A stretch of 64,000 nucleotides of DNA from the NCBI GenBank assembly GCA_963693365.1, contig CAVNZM010000008.1:186001-250000 (forward strand). The letters run 5' to 3'. The notes under the pieces were generated by a model that saw only the letters and a list, made by a program, of their open reading frames with translations, made no database searches and was not told the origin of the DNA. The translations under genes were made by a program, and so were the position numbers. Source of the DNA: Amoebidium appalachense. Its lineage: Eukaryota > Protista > Ichthyosporea. Below are positions 26,971 through 49,728 of the stretch, in pieces (position 1 is the first letter of the stretch; each line of letters starts with the position of its first letter).

Positions 26971-29424
26971 GCCAGTGTCACATATTAGCTAACAAGTAAG
27001 TGTTCTACTGCTAACGGGTGTTGTGCTTGGCTGAGCGCTTGTGAGGATTTTTTATGCATGCAGAGCTTAGCAAGCACATTGGCTTGCCTCCCCCCCCCCT
27101 CCCCCCCCCCCCCCCCCCCCCCCCCTCCTCTCTCCACCTCTCTCTTGCTTCGCTCTCTTTATCTCTCTGGTGTGCGTCCAAATGTGTTTCCAATAACTAC
27201 ATGACAAGAGCTCTACTGCTCAGGATATGATACTGTGCACTTCACCGGCTTCTAAAAGTTATGGACGGGTCCAATATGGGTGCACTTGGAAGGTGGGTTT
27301 GGGTGCGGGCAGTTCTATGGGCGGTTGGGGTTGATCGATTGTCTACTACAATCACAACCAAGGTTGCGTGAGCGATGTGGGTGTGTGTGTGTGTGTGTGT
27401 TTTTTTTTTGGAGGGGGGGGGGGGGGGGGGCTCGAATTTTCAGAACCGTTGCTGCAGTGTGTGTGGTGGGCTTCCTGTTTTCGTTTGTTTAGTGGATTGG
27501 TGTGGACTCTAAAGGGATTGTGGCTGACAGCTTGTGTTGCACTTGCTCACAGAATCAAGTAAATGCAAGTATAGATGAGCAGGCCGACTGGGTAGGCTCC
27601 CACCAGCACCGGGGCAGCATTGTCACCCCGTGGGGTCCACCGAGGCATGGTTTCCTTGGTGGCCCCAGGGGGAATAAAGCCGTCCAATGTACAGAATGTC
27701 CGGTAACAGCACGTGCAGGTTGGCTCGGCGAGCGAGCTACTGTGTGCCCTAGGGTGGGATCCGGCCCATTCCGTGGCAACCCCCTCTTGTGTCACACATG
27801 TGACCACCCTGTGTGTGTGCATGGTCTTTTGGGGGGGGGGGGGGGGGGGATATAGTCATTGGATGTTGGATATTCCCTACACGCACACTTTTGCTCGCTA
27901 TTACATACACACGCATGCCGTGTTGATCCTTTATCCTAACGTCTCATGGTATTTGATTACCATGGTAATGTGTGTGTGCCACCGTGTTAGAGCACCCTGA
28001 TGATGAGCTCTGTTCACTTTTTTTTTTCTCTCTCCCCTCTCTCTCTCTTTCTTTGAGATTCAGGGTTGGCTCCTGGGTTTTGTATGTTTGGGACCTTTCT
28101 TTCCTCTTTGTGATATCTCCACTTCAGTCATCCCAACCCTTCTGATGTATCCCCCTCCCCTCCCCCCGCCACACACACACTGCCTCCGAGGGGTTGGGGT
28201 TAAGGCCTTTTGGGGGGGGGGGGGGGGGGGGCTGTATTTTTGTCTCTTTTATGTCGCTTTAGCACATTTTCTCAACAGGGTCCTTCTCCTTGTGTACATA
28301 AAAGGAGTTGGGTAATGCGATGGTTGACAATGTATGTATATGTCCATGTACGGTTGACGTCGGTTACGTTGCTGTTTACGTTTGCATGTGTCCTGCACCA
28401 TGCTTCTCACACGTGTATGTGCACTTCGTACCGCGTTACGCATTCAACCTCCCCCAAGCCCCCCCCTCCACCACCACGTCATTACCGTTCCACCGTTCGT
28501 TTATTGTGCTCCATGTTTCCCAACCCCTCCAGCTCTACCATGAATCATGAAAGCATCATGAAATTTTTCATTCCGGAAAGTGTTGTCGTCCCACGTGGCA
28601 CCTGCACGACTGCTGGCGCATGCCACGATTTGCCAAAGTCGTACCCTTGAGCCCCTTCTTGGCAAGGCTTTCAGCTCTGTCTGCCCGTCGTGGGGTCGGC
28701 AGGCCGGCGCCGGGACCACGGACGGTAGGGCACAAGAAGGAATGGCCGCCGCTGGCTGCAGGCCACTAATTGCACGTGGCATTTGAGTTGCCAACGAGCG
28801 TACATGGCACGGACAGAGACACGCACCACAATCATTATGAAAATTTCCCACCCATTTCAATAAAATCAAGAGAGCACATATATACAGAGACACATCAGGC
28901 AGCCAAAGCTTGCAAGCAAAAGAGAATGTCAGCTCTGTTGCTATTACTTATCGAACGGCCAAGGTCAGGCTGTCCATCGATCGCCGAATCCATTGTGACC
29001 ATCCCGATCATGCGACCACTCATGATCAACATCTATTTTGTTCCCTTTATTTTTTTGGCCACTACATGATAGCCCATATATTGTATTCGTATATGATGTG
29101 AGCATAAACAAATCACTTGACCCTGTTGATCGATGACAGCTGCCATGTGCTCTTGCCAGCGGTCATGGCTTGCTTCTGCACGACATCGAATACATGTGCA
29201 TTGCCAAATGCACCGGTATCAGTTCGTTCATGCCTTTAGCCGACACAGGTATACACGCACATCCTTCTGTGGCAGGATAGAGAGCAAGGATAACAGAACA
29301 TAGCCGGAACATAGCGGGCTAGACGGCAGGGCACCACTTTGCCGAGACACAACAGTGATGGCTGCTGACAGACGGGCCAGTTGGGTGGGCAACCCGGCCA
29401 GGGCAACGTTTGGAGCAGGCGCGC

Positions 29425-29515
29425 GCTGTGATTGGCCGCTCGCGATCTATTCTACTGACAAGCGAAGTGGGTCCGCCAATCAGCATCGCGTCTCAGCAAA
29501 GCAACCAATCAGTGC
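29425..29515. promoter_or_regulatory. Cluster of CCAAT boxes in a CpG-rich stretch upstream of the kinase gene
   Basis: TGATTGGCC near 29429, GCCAATCAG near 29475 and ACCAATCAG near 29504, about 600 bp before the ATG at 30083. Confidence 0.4.
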
Positions 29516-30082
29516 GCGGCGTCTTCATTCCGCATGCGATAGCACCACGCAAACCTGTGTGTGCCGTGGCGTAACAGCGTTCATTCCAGACACACAGCGG
29601 GGGCAGGCGTAGGTGTGGTGCATCCGTAGCGTAGAGGGTTGCTGTTTCCCTTAGCTTCAATAGGTAGCTGTGACAGTCAACACACCAGGCACCCGCACGT
29701 AGTGAAGCCAGAGCCATCGAGCTCCGTATTGTACACGTAATTTACAGAAACACACGAGTGTTCCGGCCACTTTGGTTATCGAAGAGAGGGGATACTAATT
29801 CAGGTTTTATAACGCCCCATACATCACTAAATGTAACATAAAAACCCAAGAAAAGGTACAAAAACGGCTATACTGTTAGCCCATTTACCTCTTCCGCACC
29901 CACTTTATTCGGCGGTAACTTGTAATTGTTTCCGGCCCTGCAAACCTCACCTGGAAACGACATGCTTCAGCAGGGTGGGGCAGGTTTCAAGCTGGACCAC
30001 ATATTATAGTCGTATCCTGCAACCACCCAACTTAGAATTTAGTTGCACACTCATCTTTTTTGGGTGCTTGTAAGAATAGAAG

Positions 30083-35702
<5,620 letters not shown>

Positions 35703-36919
35703 CCCCACCATGACGCTACTTGGAATGTATGACGCTACGCTCGATAATGAATGTTTGCTTTGCTGTTTGGGCTACTATGACCGTTGTAGGTGTTTTGCGC
35801 GGGGATCTGCAGACAGGCGTGCAATGTGCACAAATGCAGACAGATAATTTAGAAGCATTTATTTTTGATCCTTTAGTACAGTGAAATTGCCATCTTGCCA
35901 CTGGCACATGCACTTGTGTCTGTAATCTTGTTGTGCATACGTTGTTGTATGGATCCGGTACCCACAGAAACCCGTTGTGTAAAGAACAAGACACTTATCA
36001 AGCAAAAAAAGGACAATAAACTCTGAAACCATTATGTGTGCTGTGTGTGGCGGGGGGGTGTGCATCATGTTTGTGCACCGATCTGCGTGCATAGCCATGT
36101 CTGTGAGTGCGTGCATGTGTGTGCATTATATGTCTTCGTTGGCACATGTGTGTGCATGTGCATGTCTGTGTGTGTGTTTGGATTTGTGAGTCTGTGAAGT
36201 CTGCGGGTGTGCATATTTAAAGGTGTGGATATTTAAAGGTGTGCATATTTATGTTTGTGGGGCGTGTGCATGTGTGTGTAACTGTGTGGGTGTGCATGCA
36301 TGTGCATGTGTGAGCATCTTCATGCTCAAAGATGTGCAATGTATGCCGGTGTGGGTGTGCATGTGTGTGCATACATGTGTCTGCGTGCGCGTGCATCTGT
36401 ATGCCCGTGTATGTGTGCATGTGTGCGGATCTGTATGATGTGTGTATGTGCTTGCACGGTGTTTGTCCGTGTATGTGTGCATGTGTGTGTGTGAGTGTGG
36501 TGGTGTGCATGGCTGTCAGATTCTCAAAGGGCTTCCTCCCAAAGGCTTCCGCATAGCACATTAGCATGCACGTGCAAGTACCCTGCATGGCCCGTGTGTG
36601 TGTGTGTGTGTTCATGCATATTTGCGCATGTAATCATGTGGCACATGCAGCTCTAATTAGCAAAGGGGGGAAAGCTGATGGCAACTATGAAGAGCTGCCT
36701 CTCCTTCCCCTCTTTATCTTACCTTCCCTCACCCCCCCCCCCCCCCCCCAGGCCCCCACTATCCTCTTTTGGCGCAGCTACTATTCCCAGCAGCGTTGAC
36801 GCCTTTCCCCCCTGTGCCCCCCCCCCCCTCCTCCTCCCCCCCTCAGTCCACCCCCTCCCCCCTTCCCAACATACACACATGCACGAAGAGGGAGGGGGGG
36901 GGGGTGGGGAGGGCAGCGG

Positions 36920-36951
<32 letters not shown>

Positions 36952-37407
36952 GGGGGGAGGGGGGGGGGGAGGGGGGGGCGGGGGGCATGCTACACGTGAT
37001 TGGCATTGGAGTTTCGGGTTTGTGGACCTGATCGTGCCGGCGAGTTGCAGGCATTGTGGCCTTGAGCATGAACAACACACTGGCACCCAGGGACCTTGGG
37101 GTTACAGCCTACTACTATGGGGTGGTAAGAGGCCTATCCGTGTTTGACGGCATGGGAGGGACGAAATGGATTTCAATTTTGGTTGGTTCACATCATGTAT
37201 GTTTGGTAACGCTTTATTTGGTTCAAAAAGTATTGCAGCTCTGAAATATTTTTTTGCTTGTTTTCTAGTTTTGTTTGTGTGGATTGAAGTACCACACCTC
37301 GGCACGGGGTCGTGATGTTCAGAATGAGAAGTCAATGTACATCATATGATCAGACGGCCTTGCGACTCTAGAGCAAGAAGGTGGTCTTTTTCTTTTTTTT
37401 TTTTTTG

Positions 37408-37445
<38 letters not shown>

Positions 37446-37944
37446 GGCCCTGGTAGAAGTTGGGCCCGGGGCATGTGCACGTGAGGCACAGTGGGATGCG
37501 CAGGAGGGCGATCTTTGTTTTGTTTTATTTTATTTTATTTATTGGGGGGGGAGGGGGGGGAGGGTGGGTGGGTGGGGGGGAGGGTGGGGGGGAAATGGTT
37601 TGGAGGCAAAACTTCCAATCTTAAGTAGGGGAAGACGTTGGTCCTGGACTACAGACTGGGTAAACATGCCCGGCAGACTGTAAGCGGGGTGTGCGACTGA
37701 GATTATGTATGCATATTGTATGCCCCCGAACTTAGTCTAAAAGTTGCGGTATAGTCCCTCGCCATTTGCTCCAGCCCAAAATACTAGCCACGGTCCATCC
37801 ACGGAAAGATTGTGGCATCGGTGGCATTTTCCATAAAAAGCTCCTTGTGCTGTTATTGATTTCTTTGTCGTAAGGCAAACCTCCCATTTTCAAGAAAGGA
37901 GGGTTAGCTGTTGGCGATGTTGGGAAGAGGGGAAACGGGTGGAA

Positions 37945-37980
<36 letters not shown>

Positions 37981-38868
37981 CGGACCCAAATTTAGGGGGT
38001 GTAGGCCCTGGGAGGTTTGTTGGGGAGGGGAGGGGAAGAAGAAGGGGGGGGGGGGGGGGGGGGGGGGAGGGGGGAGGGCGGGAAGGGGGGGGTTGGACCT
38101 GCCGCGGATTTGTCCTTTTTCTTTGCACTACTACGTGCCAAGCTAAAGGGAGCAACCTTCAATGTATTGTGGGTGAGTTGGTAAGGTTAGGGGCGAGGCA
38201 GAGGGGCAACATATATATGATCATTGTTTGGGGGGTCTGGGGCGCTGAAATCGTGGTTATTAACAGCATGAGATGGTGGCACTGGTTAAGGAATGTATTC
38301 CTCCTTCAGAATCTCCTTCTCAGTCTCCATGCCCCCCCCCCCCCCCCCCTCCCGCTCTTCTCCCTCCTCTCTCCTCCTCCCCCCCCCCCCCCCCCCCCCC
38401 CCGGCCATCGATATCCTGCCCCCCCTCCCCCCACCCCCCCCCGCTACCCCTCCCTTTTCCTACATAAAGGAAAACAATGAAAGTAGAAGGGGGGGGGGGG
38501 GGGGGGGGGTCAATTTGCTCTATTATTGATACACTGAAGCACAAATGCAACATACCATAGCATTCAATAGCTGGGCCATCAAATCGGTCATAATAATAAC
38601 AAACCCACAGTTGAAAGGGGTCATGGGGACGTCCACAACGGATGTGATCACAATGCCAGTCAGTAATTTGAGGGTGTGGGCATGGGCCTGGGTACGGGGT
38701 GACGGGGGTGATAAGAGGAGTTTTCAATATGTCAAAGTTTTTTATTTGTTTTGGGTGGGTGGGGCGGTGGGGTGGGATGGGGTGGTGTGTGCGTGTGCGT
38801 GTGCGTGTGTGTGTGGTGGTGGTGACCGGCGGCGGCGGCGGCGGCGGTGGTGGTGGTGGGTGGTTGGG

Positions 38869-38903
<35 letters not shown>

Positions 38904-39347
38904 GATGCAGGCTGCAGCAGCCACAGTCGAAAGGGCGCCTACGAGTCCCCGTCTGATCCCGGCTCTACCCTGCACCATGGCATCCAGACGGCTACAGGTC
39001 TCCCTATGACAGGCTTATCTCCTGGGGCCTCTATTGATAGAAGTACGAGTGCACCGTGAGCCTACGTGTCTGTCCAGTGAGTGGCACACCACTGTGATGG
39101 ATCATGGCTGTCGATGTCGGATACGGTGCGCGTGCGCTGGTCCAGGTCCGCGCGCCACGTTGTACGTGCACATCATGTGCACGGCATGATTAGACTCGCA
39201 CCGCAAGTCTTTTCAAATTGCTCCACACCGATGTCAGTCCCAAGGAACTCTTTCCACGGCCTTCTACTGGCAGCTCAGACAACATGTGTCTGCATGCATG
39301 CCGGCATGGATTAGCAAATTCTACTTGGTTGACACGGTAACAGACAA

Positions 39348-39737
39348 CAACGCCTGAGTGCCCCCGTTACGGGAAAGGTAGCCCTACGTGTGCCCAGGAG
39401 TGCACGGCTCCTGTTATCTTGTCTAGTTCACCACATTCCAAAGCAGCCGCCTTCGCCAATAGGAAGTATTAATGTTGTGATTGGTCGTCTGTGTCCAATA
39501 GGAATATAGATTGGTTTTGAAATTGGAAAGTGCAATCAAAGGTCACGGTCTGATTGGCTTCACGCAAACAGAGGTATGCAATACATCACGGACAATGGCG
39601 TATTCCTATTGGCTCCCGTAGCTCTTGTTGACAATACCACGCTGTCAGTGCACACGTACAAGGCTTCCCTTTCAACGCCCTCATAAGGCTGGTTTACGCC
39701 GGGGGAAGGGAGCACCATAGAGGGCACTCAGGCGCTG
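39348..39737. mobile_element. Probable MITE of about 390 bp with 16-18 bp terminal inverted repeats and many internal CCAAT motifs
   Basis: CAACGCCTGAGTGCCC at 39348-39363 versus GGGCACTCAGGCGCTG at 39722-39737 (one mismatch). No clear TSD. Confidence 0.55.
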
Positions 39738-40204
39738 AAATTTTGGGGTTGTTAGAGGCACATGGAAGGGAGCTTGAGATACTTATGGGGCATGTAGGCA
39801 GCTCCAAGTGCTGGCATACATGTCTACAGCGCCACCCAAGTTCGTTGCAGGCAACCTTTATTCTGGGCAACAACTATCCACCTGTATTTTTCGCATTTTG
39901 CAGATTTGGTGCCTGCTTTTAGGTTTTTTAGAGGGGCACATGTAGCATTTCTGCTGCCAGCACGCACTGCACTGCTAAATTTAAATTATTGTGTGCCGGC
40001 TAAAGGTGATGCCTGCGGGCACACACGTGCATCACACATTTTCAAGGAGTTTAAGCGAAAGTACTAGTGCACTGTGTTACAACTATACTGCATTGTGTTA
40101 TCGGCTGTGAACACCGTGGGCAGGAGAAGCATTCACTACAAAACCGGCATTTTCGCCAGCCAACAACCATTTAGGCTTGCTGAAAGAAAATTTACGGAGG
40201 AAAC

Positions 40205-45277
<5,073 letters not shown>

Positions 45278-45281
<4 letters not shown>

Positions 45282-45637
45282 CCCTGCATGTTGTGCCCAT
45301 GTGTGGTGCTGTGACCCTGCATGTTGTGCCCATGTGTGGTGCTGTGACCCTGCATGTTGTGCCCATGTGTGGTGCTGTGACCCTGCATGTTGTGCCCATG
45401 TGTGGTGCTGTGACCCTGCATGTTGTGCCCATGTGTGGTGCTGTGACCCTGCATGTTGTGCCCATGTGTGGTGCTGTGACCCTGCATGTTGTGCCCATGT
45501 GTGGTGCTGTGACCCTGCATGTTGTGCCCATGTGTGGTGCTGTGACCCTGCATGTTGTGCCCATGTGTGGTGCTGTGACCCTGCATGTTGTGCCCATGTG
45601 TGGTGCTGTGACCCTGCATGTTGTGCCCATGTGTGGT
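45278..45637 (+). repeat. Perfect 33-bp minisatellite, 11 copies, starting at the GPCR stop codon
   Basis: Unit GTGACCCTGCATGTTGTGCCCATGTGTGGTGCT. The first TGA (45279-45281) is the GPCR stop. Confidence 0.97.
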
Positions 45638-46401
45638 ATGGTGGCGGTCTGGGGGGGTTGCTGGTGTGGTTCGGATGACACGGTGTGTGGTGGTGGGTGG
45701 ATGGGTGGGTAGATTTGGGGAGAGGTGGGGGGAGGGGGGGGGGGAGGGGAGGCAACGGGAGGGTTGACGGGAGGGAAGGGGAGGGGGGGGGGGGGGGAGG
45801 GAGGGGGAAAGGGATGGGGAAAGGAACGGGTTTGAATGATAACGAGGATGCCTATCGTAGTTGTTTTACTTGAACCGTTCGGAAACAGGTACGGCCATTT
45901 CGTAGCATTTATTACAGAGCAAAACAAATGTTGATAAGAAGCACTAGTGAAGCCTTACGTATTTTTATCAGGCACTGCTAATCGAACATTATGATGATAA
46001 ACGCGCTGATGTTTTTGGAGAAGTCTAGCACTACAGAACTGCTGTACTACTTCTGAACTGACTGCCACACCACGGACTGGCAGGAATGACAATATAAGGT
46101 ATAGCCACATGGCACAGAGTTAGTGTGTGGCTGCACGTGCATGCACATGCCACATGTTCTAAGCTGCAATTAAGGTCTGCATACACCTCACCCACACAGC
46201 CCTCCCCCTTATCCAACACAATGAGAACCCACACTCCCCCTCGGCTTTACACACCACTGATGTGAAAACCTTAGATTCCATCCTCCCCCCCCCCCCCCCC
46301 CCCCCTTTTCCGCCCTTCCCCCTCTCGCCCTTCCCCCCACTTCACCAACTTGTCGACCCATCCCTGTTCTCTCCTCCCCTCCACTGTTTCTGCCTGTGGG
46401 T

Positions 46402-46432
<31 letters not shown>

Positions 46433-46617
46433 GGGGGGGGGAGAGGGGGGAGGTTTGTAGTTAATAAGCACTAACGGCACATGTAAGGGTGTAAGGTTAC
46501 GGAATGCCTGTGGACTCGACAGGAGCCAAAGTACCTAGGAACTGTAATAGCCTCCCCCTCCCCCCCCCCCCCCCCCCCCCCCGCTTCCCCCCCCCCCCTC
46601 CCCCCCCCCCCCCCTTC

Positions 46618-47780
46618 TGTTGGAGTGCAGACTTACGCTCACTCCACTATATGTGTATGTTAGCTTTACAATTGGTTCCGTGTACATAGACACATGCTGA
46701 CACTCGATCACCACATGCACATCTGCATAGTTGAGGAATGTTGCCAATTGTGTTTTGACTGCAAACGATTGGTTCACTGGTCCCAGAGATATCTAAATGA
46801 AAGTAACCAATCCGATTAGCGCCTGGCATCCGGATTACATTCCAGACTGCTGCCCCACGGGTATATAAGCCACGTCTCTGCCAGGTGCAGACATGGAGTT
46901 AAGTCATGGAGTTAAGTCATGGAGTTCAGTCATGGAGTTCAGTCATGGAGTTCAGTCATGGAGTTAACACACTGAAAGCAGTAAAAAACGGGTCAGCGCC
47001 CAAGCGCGCCACGACGACCCTAGTCACAGCGGACTCTACTTCCAACAGGGTTATGGGCCCAGACACGACACCGCGGCCTCTAACTTCACGTCCCCTACGA
47101 CGCCTTGAACGGAGGAGCCCAGAAACCGACTTCTAGGCTGTACCCTACACCCGCGAGCGTATTTCCGTGAAGTAGAGACTTTCGCTTCCACAAACTCCAT
47201 CCGCAGCAGCCTGCGACATCAACGTCAAGTATTCCACTTCATTGGCGGGGCACGCACCACAGTGGAATGCACACCCCGGTCTACCCTGCAAGCAGCCACA
47301 CTCACTCTCTCTTCTCTAGTGGTGTGTACACTTCTCCAATTGGGTAGGGGTGTTGGAGTGCAGACTTACGCTCACTCCACTATATGTGTATGTTAGCTTT
47401 ACAATTGGTTCCGTGTACATAGACACATGCTGACACTCGATCACCACATGCACATCTGCATAGTTGAGGAATGTTGCCAATTGTGTTTTGACTGCAAACG
47501 ATTGGTTCACTGGTCCCAGAGATATCTAAATGAAAGTAACCAATCCGATTAGCGCCTGGCATCCGGATTACATTCCAGACTGCTGCCCCACGGGTATATA
47601 AGCCACGTCTCTGCCAGGTGCAGACATGGAGTTAAGTCATGGAGTTAAGTCATGGAGTTCAGTCATGGAGTTCAGTCATGGAGTTCAGTCATGGAGTTAA
47701 CACACTGAAAGCAGTAAAAAACGGGTCAGCGCCCAAGCGCGCCACGACGACCCTAGTCACAGCGGACTCTACTTCCAACA
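46618..47780 (+). mobile_element. Complete non-autonomous copia-type LTR element (TRIM-like)
   Basis: Two 430-bp LTRs (46618-47047, 47351-47780) that look identical, with TGTTGGA...TCCAACA ends. PBS GGTTATGGGCCCAG at 47049-47062, purine tract GGGTAGGGG before the 3' LTR, 5-bp TSD CCTTC (46613-46617, 47781-47785), 303-bp non-coding interior. Confidence 0.97.
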
Positions 47781-48364
47781 CCTTCCCCCCCGCACACCAA
47801 AAAAAAAAAAAAAAAAAAAAAATGAAAACCAAAACTTCGGAAAAAACATGTAAATGCACCAACACCACCGTCATTATTGCACGGGCATAAAGTTCACCAA
47901 TTACCCGCGGACGAGCTGGGTGCTCTACACATCCCATACTTGCAGTACCAGTCGCCTACCAATCCTAAAAAATGGCCCAGTTCACGGTGCTACAATCGCC
48001 CCTCCCCCTCCCTCCCCCCTCCCCCCTCCTCCCCCCCCCCCCCCTCCCCCCCGATTTCCCCTCCCCCCCCCCCCCCCGTTCCCCCCTCCCCCGGCCCCTC
48101 TCAACCCTAAACCCTATTTTTTAATTTTTAGCAAGCCCCTCTACCCCCCGGCAGGGGGCAAATCCAGTCCCAGCCACGTGGCACCCCGACCTTCAGCTTT
48201 TTCCTGCCCCAGCTCCTGTCCTAGAGCTCTTTATTGATTTTTTCCGACAAGTCAGGATTTATGCAACTCTACTTTATAACGGTTTTCTTTTCTTTTCTTT
48301 TCTTTTCTTTTCTTTTCTTTTCTTTTCTCTTTTTCTTTTCTTTCTTTCTTTCTTTTTTCTGAAG

Positions 48365-48404
<40 letters not shown>

Positions 48405-49079
48405 GGGAGGGGATAAAAAGGAGGAGGGAAATGGAAAACGGATGGCTACCCATATTCTGTGATATAATGATCAGTTACGTAGCCGCCCCCCCCCCCCCCC
48501 CCCAAACACACACACACACCCTTCCCTCCTCTGCCCCCCCTGCCTCCCCCCTCCCCCCTCCTCCAACCCTTCTCCCAAGCTCTCCTTCCATGTTCTCTCT
48601 GGCTCTGGTGTACCTTGTCCAGGCGCAATGCGTGAGTGCAAATCATTACATAATAACTAAAGTTACTCTGTTCGTCCTGGCACTTAAATGGCTGTCATGT
48701 ATGTCCATTATTGAACAGAAATACATGCGTAACATTAACTTTAGTAATGGGTGCGCTAGGATAATGGCCGCTATGGTTGCAGCATAGGCTATTCTTCCAG
48801 AATCACTGAAAAATGATAATTGCTAAGCGATAAAAACAATAGTACACTATGGCTGCTATCACCGCGTTGCAAACATATTGCTACCTGCTCTCTCGGCACT
48901 CGGCAGCCTCCGTTGCATCACGTGCATGCATGTCTATTAATAGCGCGCATATGCATACCCGTGTACCAACATGGATGGCACCGGAGATTGCACCTGAGTG
49001 AGGCTGAACAGGAGGTCAGCAGCTCGGGGTCGCAAATGCATTCCGTACACTGCATGCTGGTGAGATTTATGCAGAGCAC

Positions 49080-49417
49080 TGTTATGATATAATAGTCTAT
49101 CTGTTTATTCCTGCTCTTCCCAGTCACGTACTTAGCCTGTTCCCGCCTATCCCGCCCCCGCGCAAAGTTGGGGACCGCCTGGGGCCGCATACGCCAGGAA
49201 CCATAACTGTCTTCCTGTTGGTTAGTACATAATCCCGATCTATCCTGTAAGACTATCTGTAATCCTATTGGACGATGTATTCGCGGACTGGCATCCGCGC
49301 AGGTATATAAAGCAGCCGGACCATCCTCAGATGGTGCCGGAGGATCCGAGATACCAAACCACTTCCTGCGTACCTCTCTACTCTCGATCCGCTATGTAGA
49401 AGTAATTGTCTCTTACA
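49080..49417 (+). mobile_element. Possible solo LTR or LTR fragment
   Basis: TG...CA ends (TGTTATGA ... TCTTACA), internal GGTATATAAAGC box like the one in the TRIM LTR. No matching TSD. Confidence 0.3.
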
Positions 49418-49728
49418 GAGGTCACAGGACCGAATCCTGCCTCTGCTCCACATTTGTTCTGATACGCACATATATGCATATACTGTACTTGTTGCCCGTG
49501 CATATAGGTGTGCACCTGCCTGACGTATACATATGTATCTTCCACACTATGGCGAATGGAAGATCACCATCACTTCAGCCATGGGTGCATTCTCCACAAG
49601 GCCTCCAATGATGCCACTGTACCCAACGTCCCCCGTCTCGTCACTCCCACATCTGAAGGCCTCTTGCTTTTATCAAGGCCACACACCTGCCTCCCCGTCT
49701 GCCTCCCCGGCCCACGCAAATTCCCGGG

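Noticed and set aside
27990-28015. CTGATGA resembling a hammerhead core or snoRNA C box
   Set aside because: No stem II plus GAAA and no suitably placed D box with terminal stem.
27547-28790. Possible two-exon minus-strand gene (28790-28540 and 27810-27550)
   Set aside because: No recognisable domain, and I could not establish a start codon or in-phase junction.
37030-38740. Possible decayed retroelement coding fragments between G runs
   Set aside because: No RT, RNase H or integrase motif could be read with confidence.
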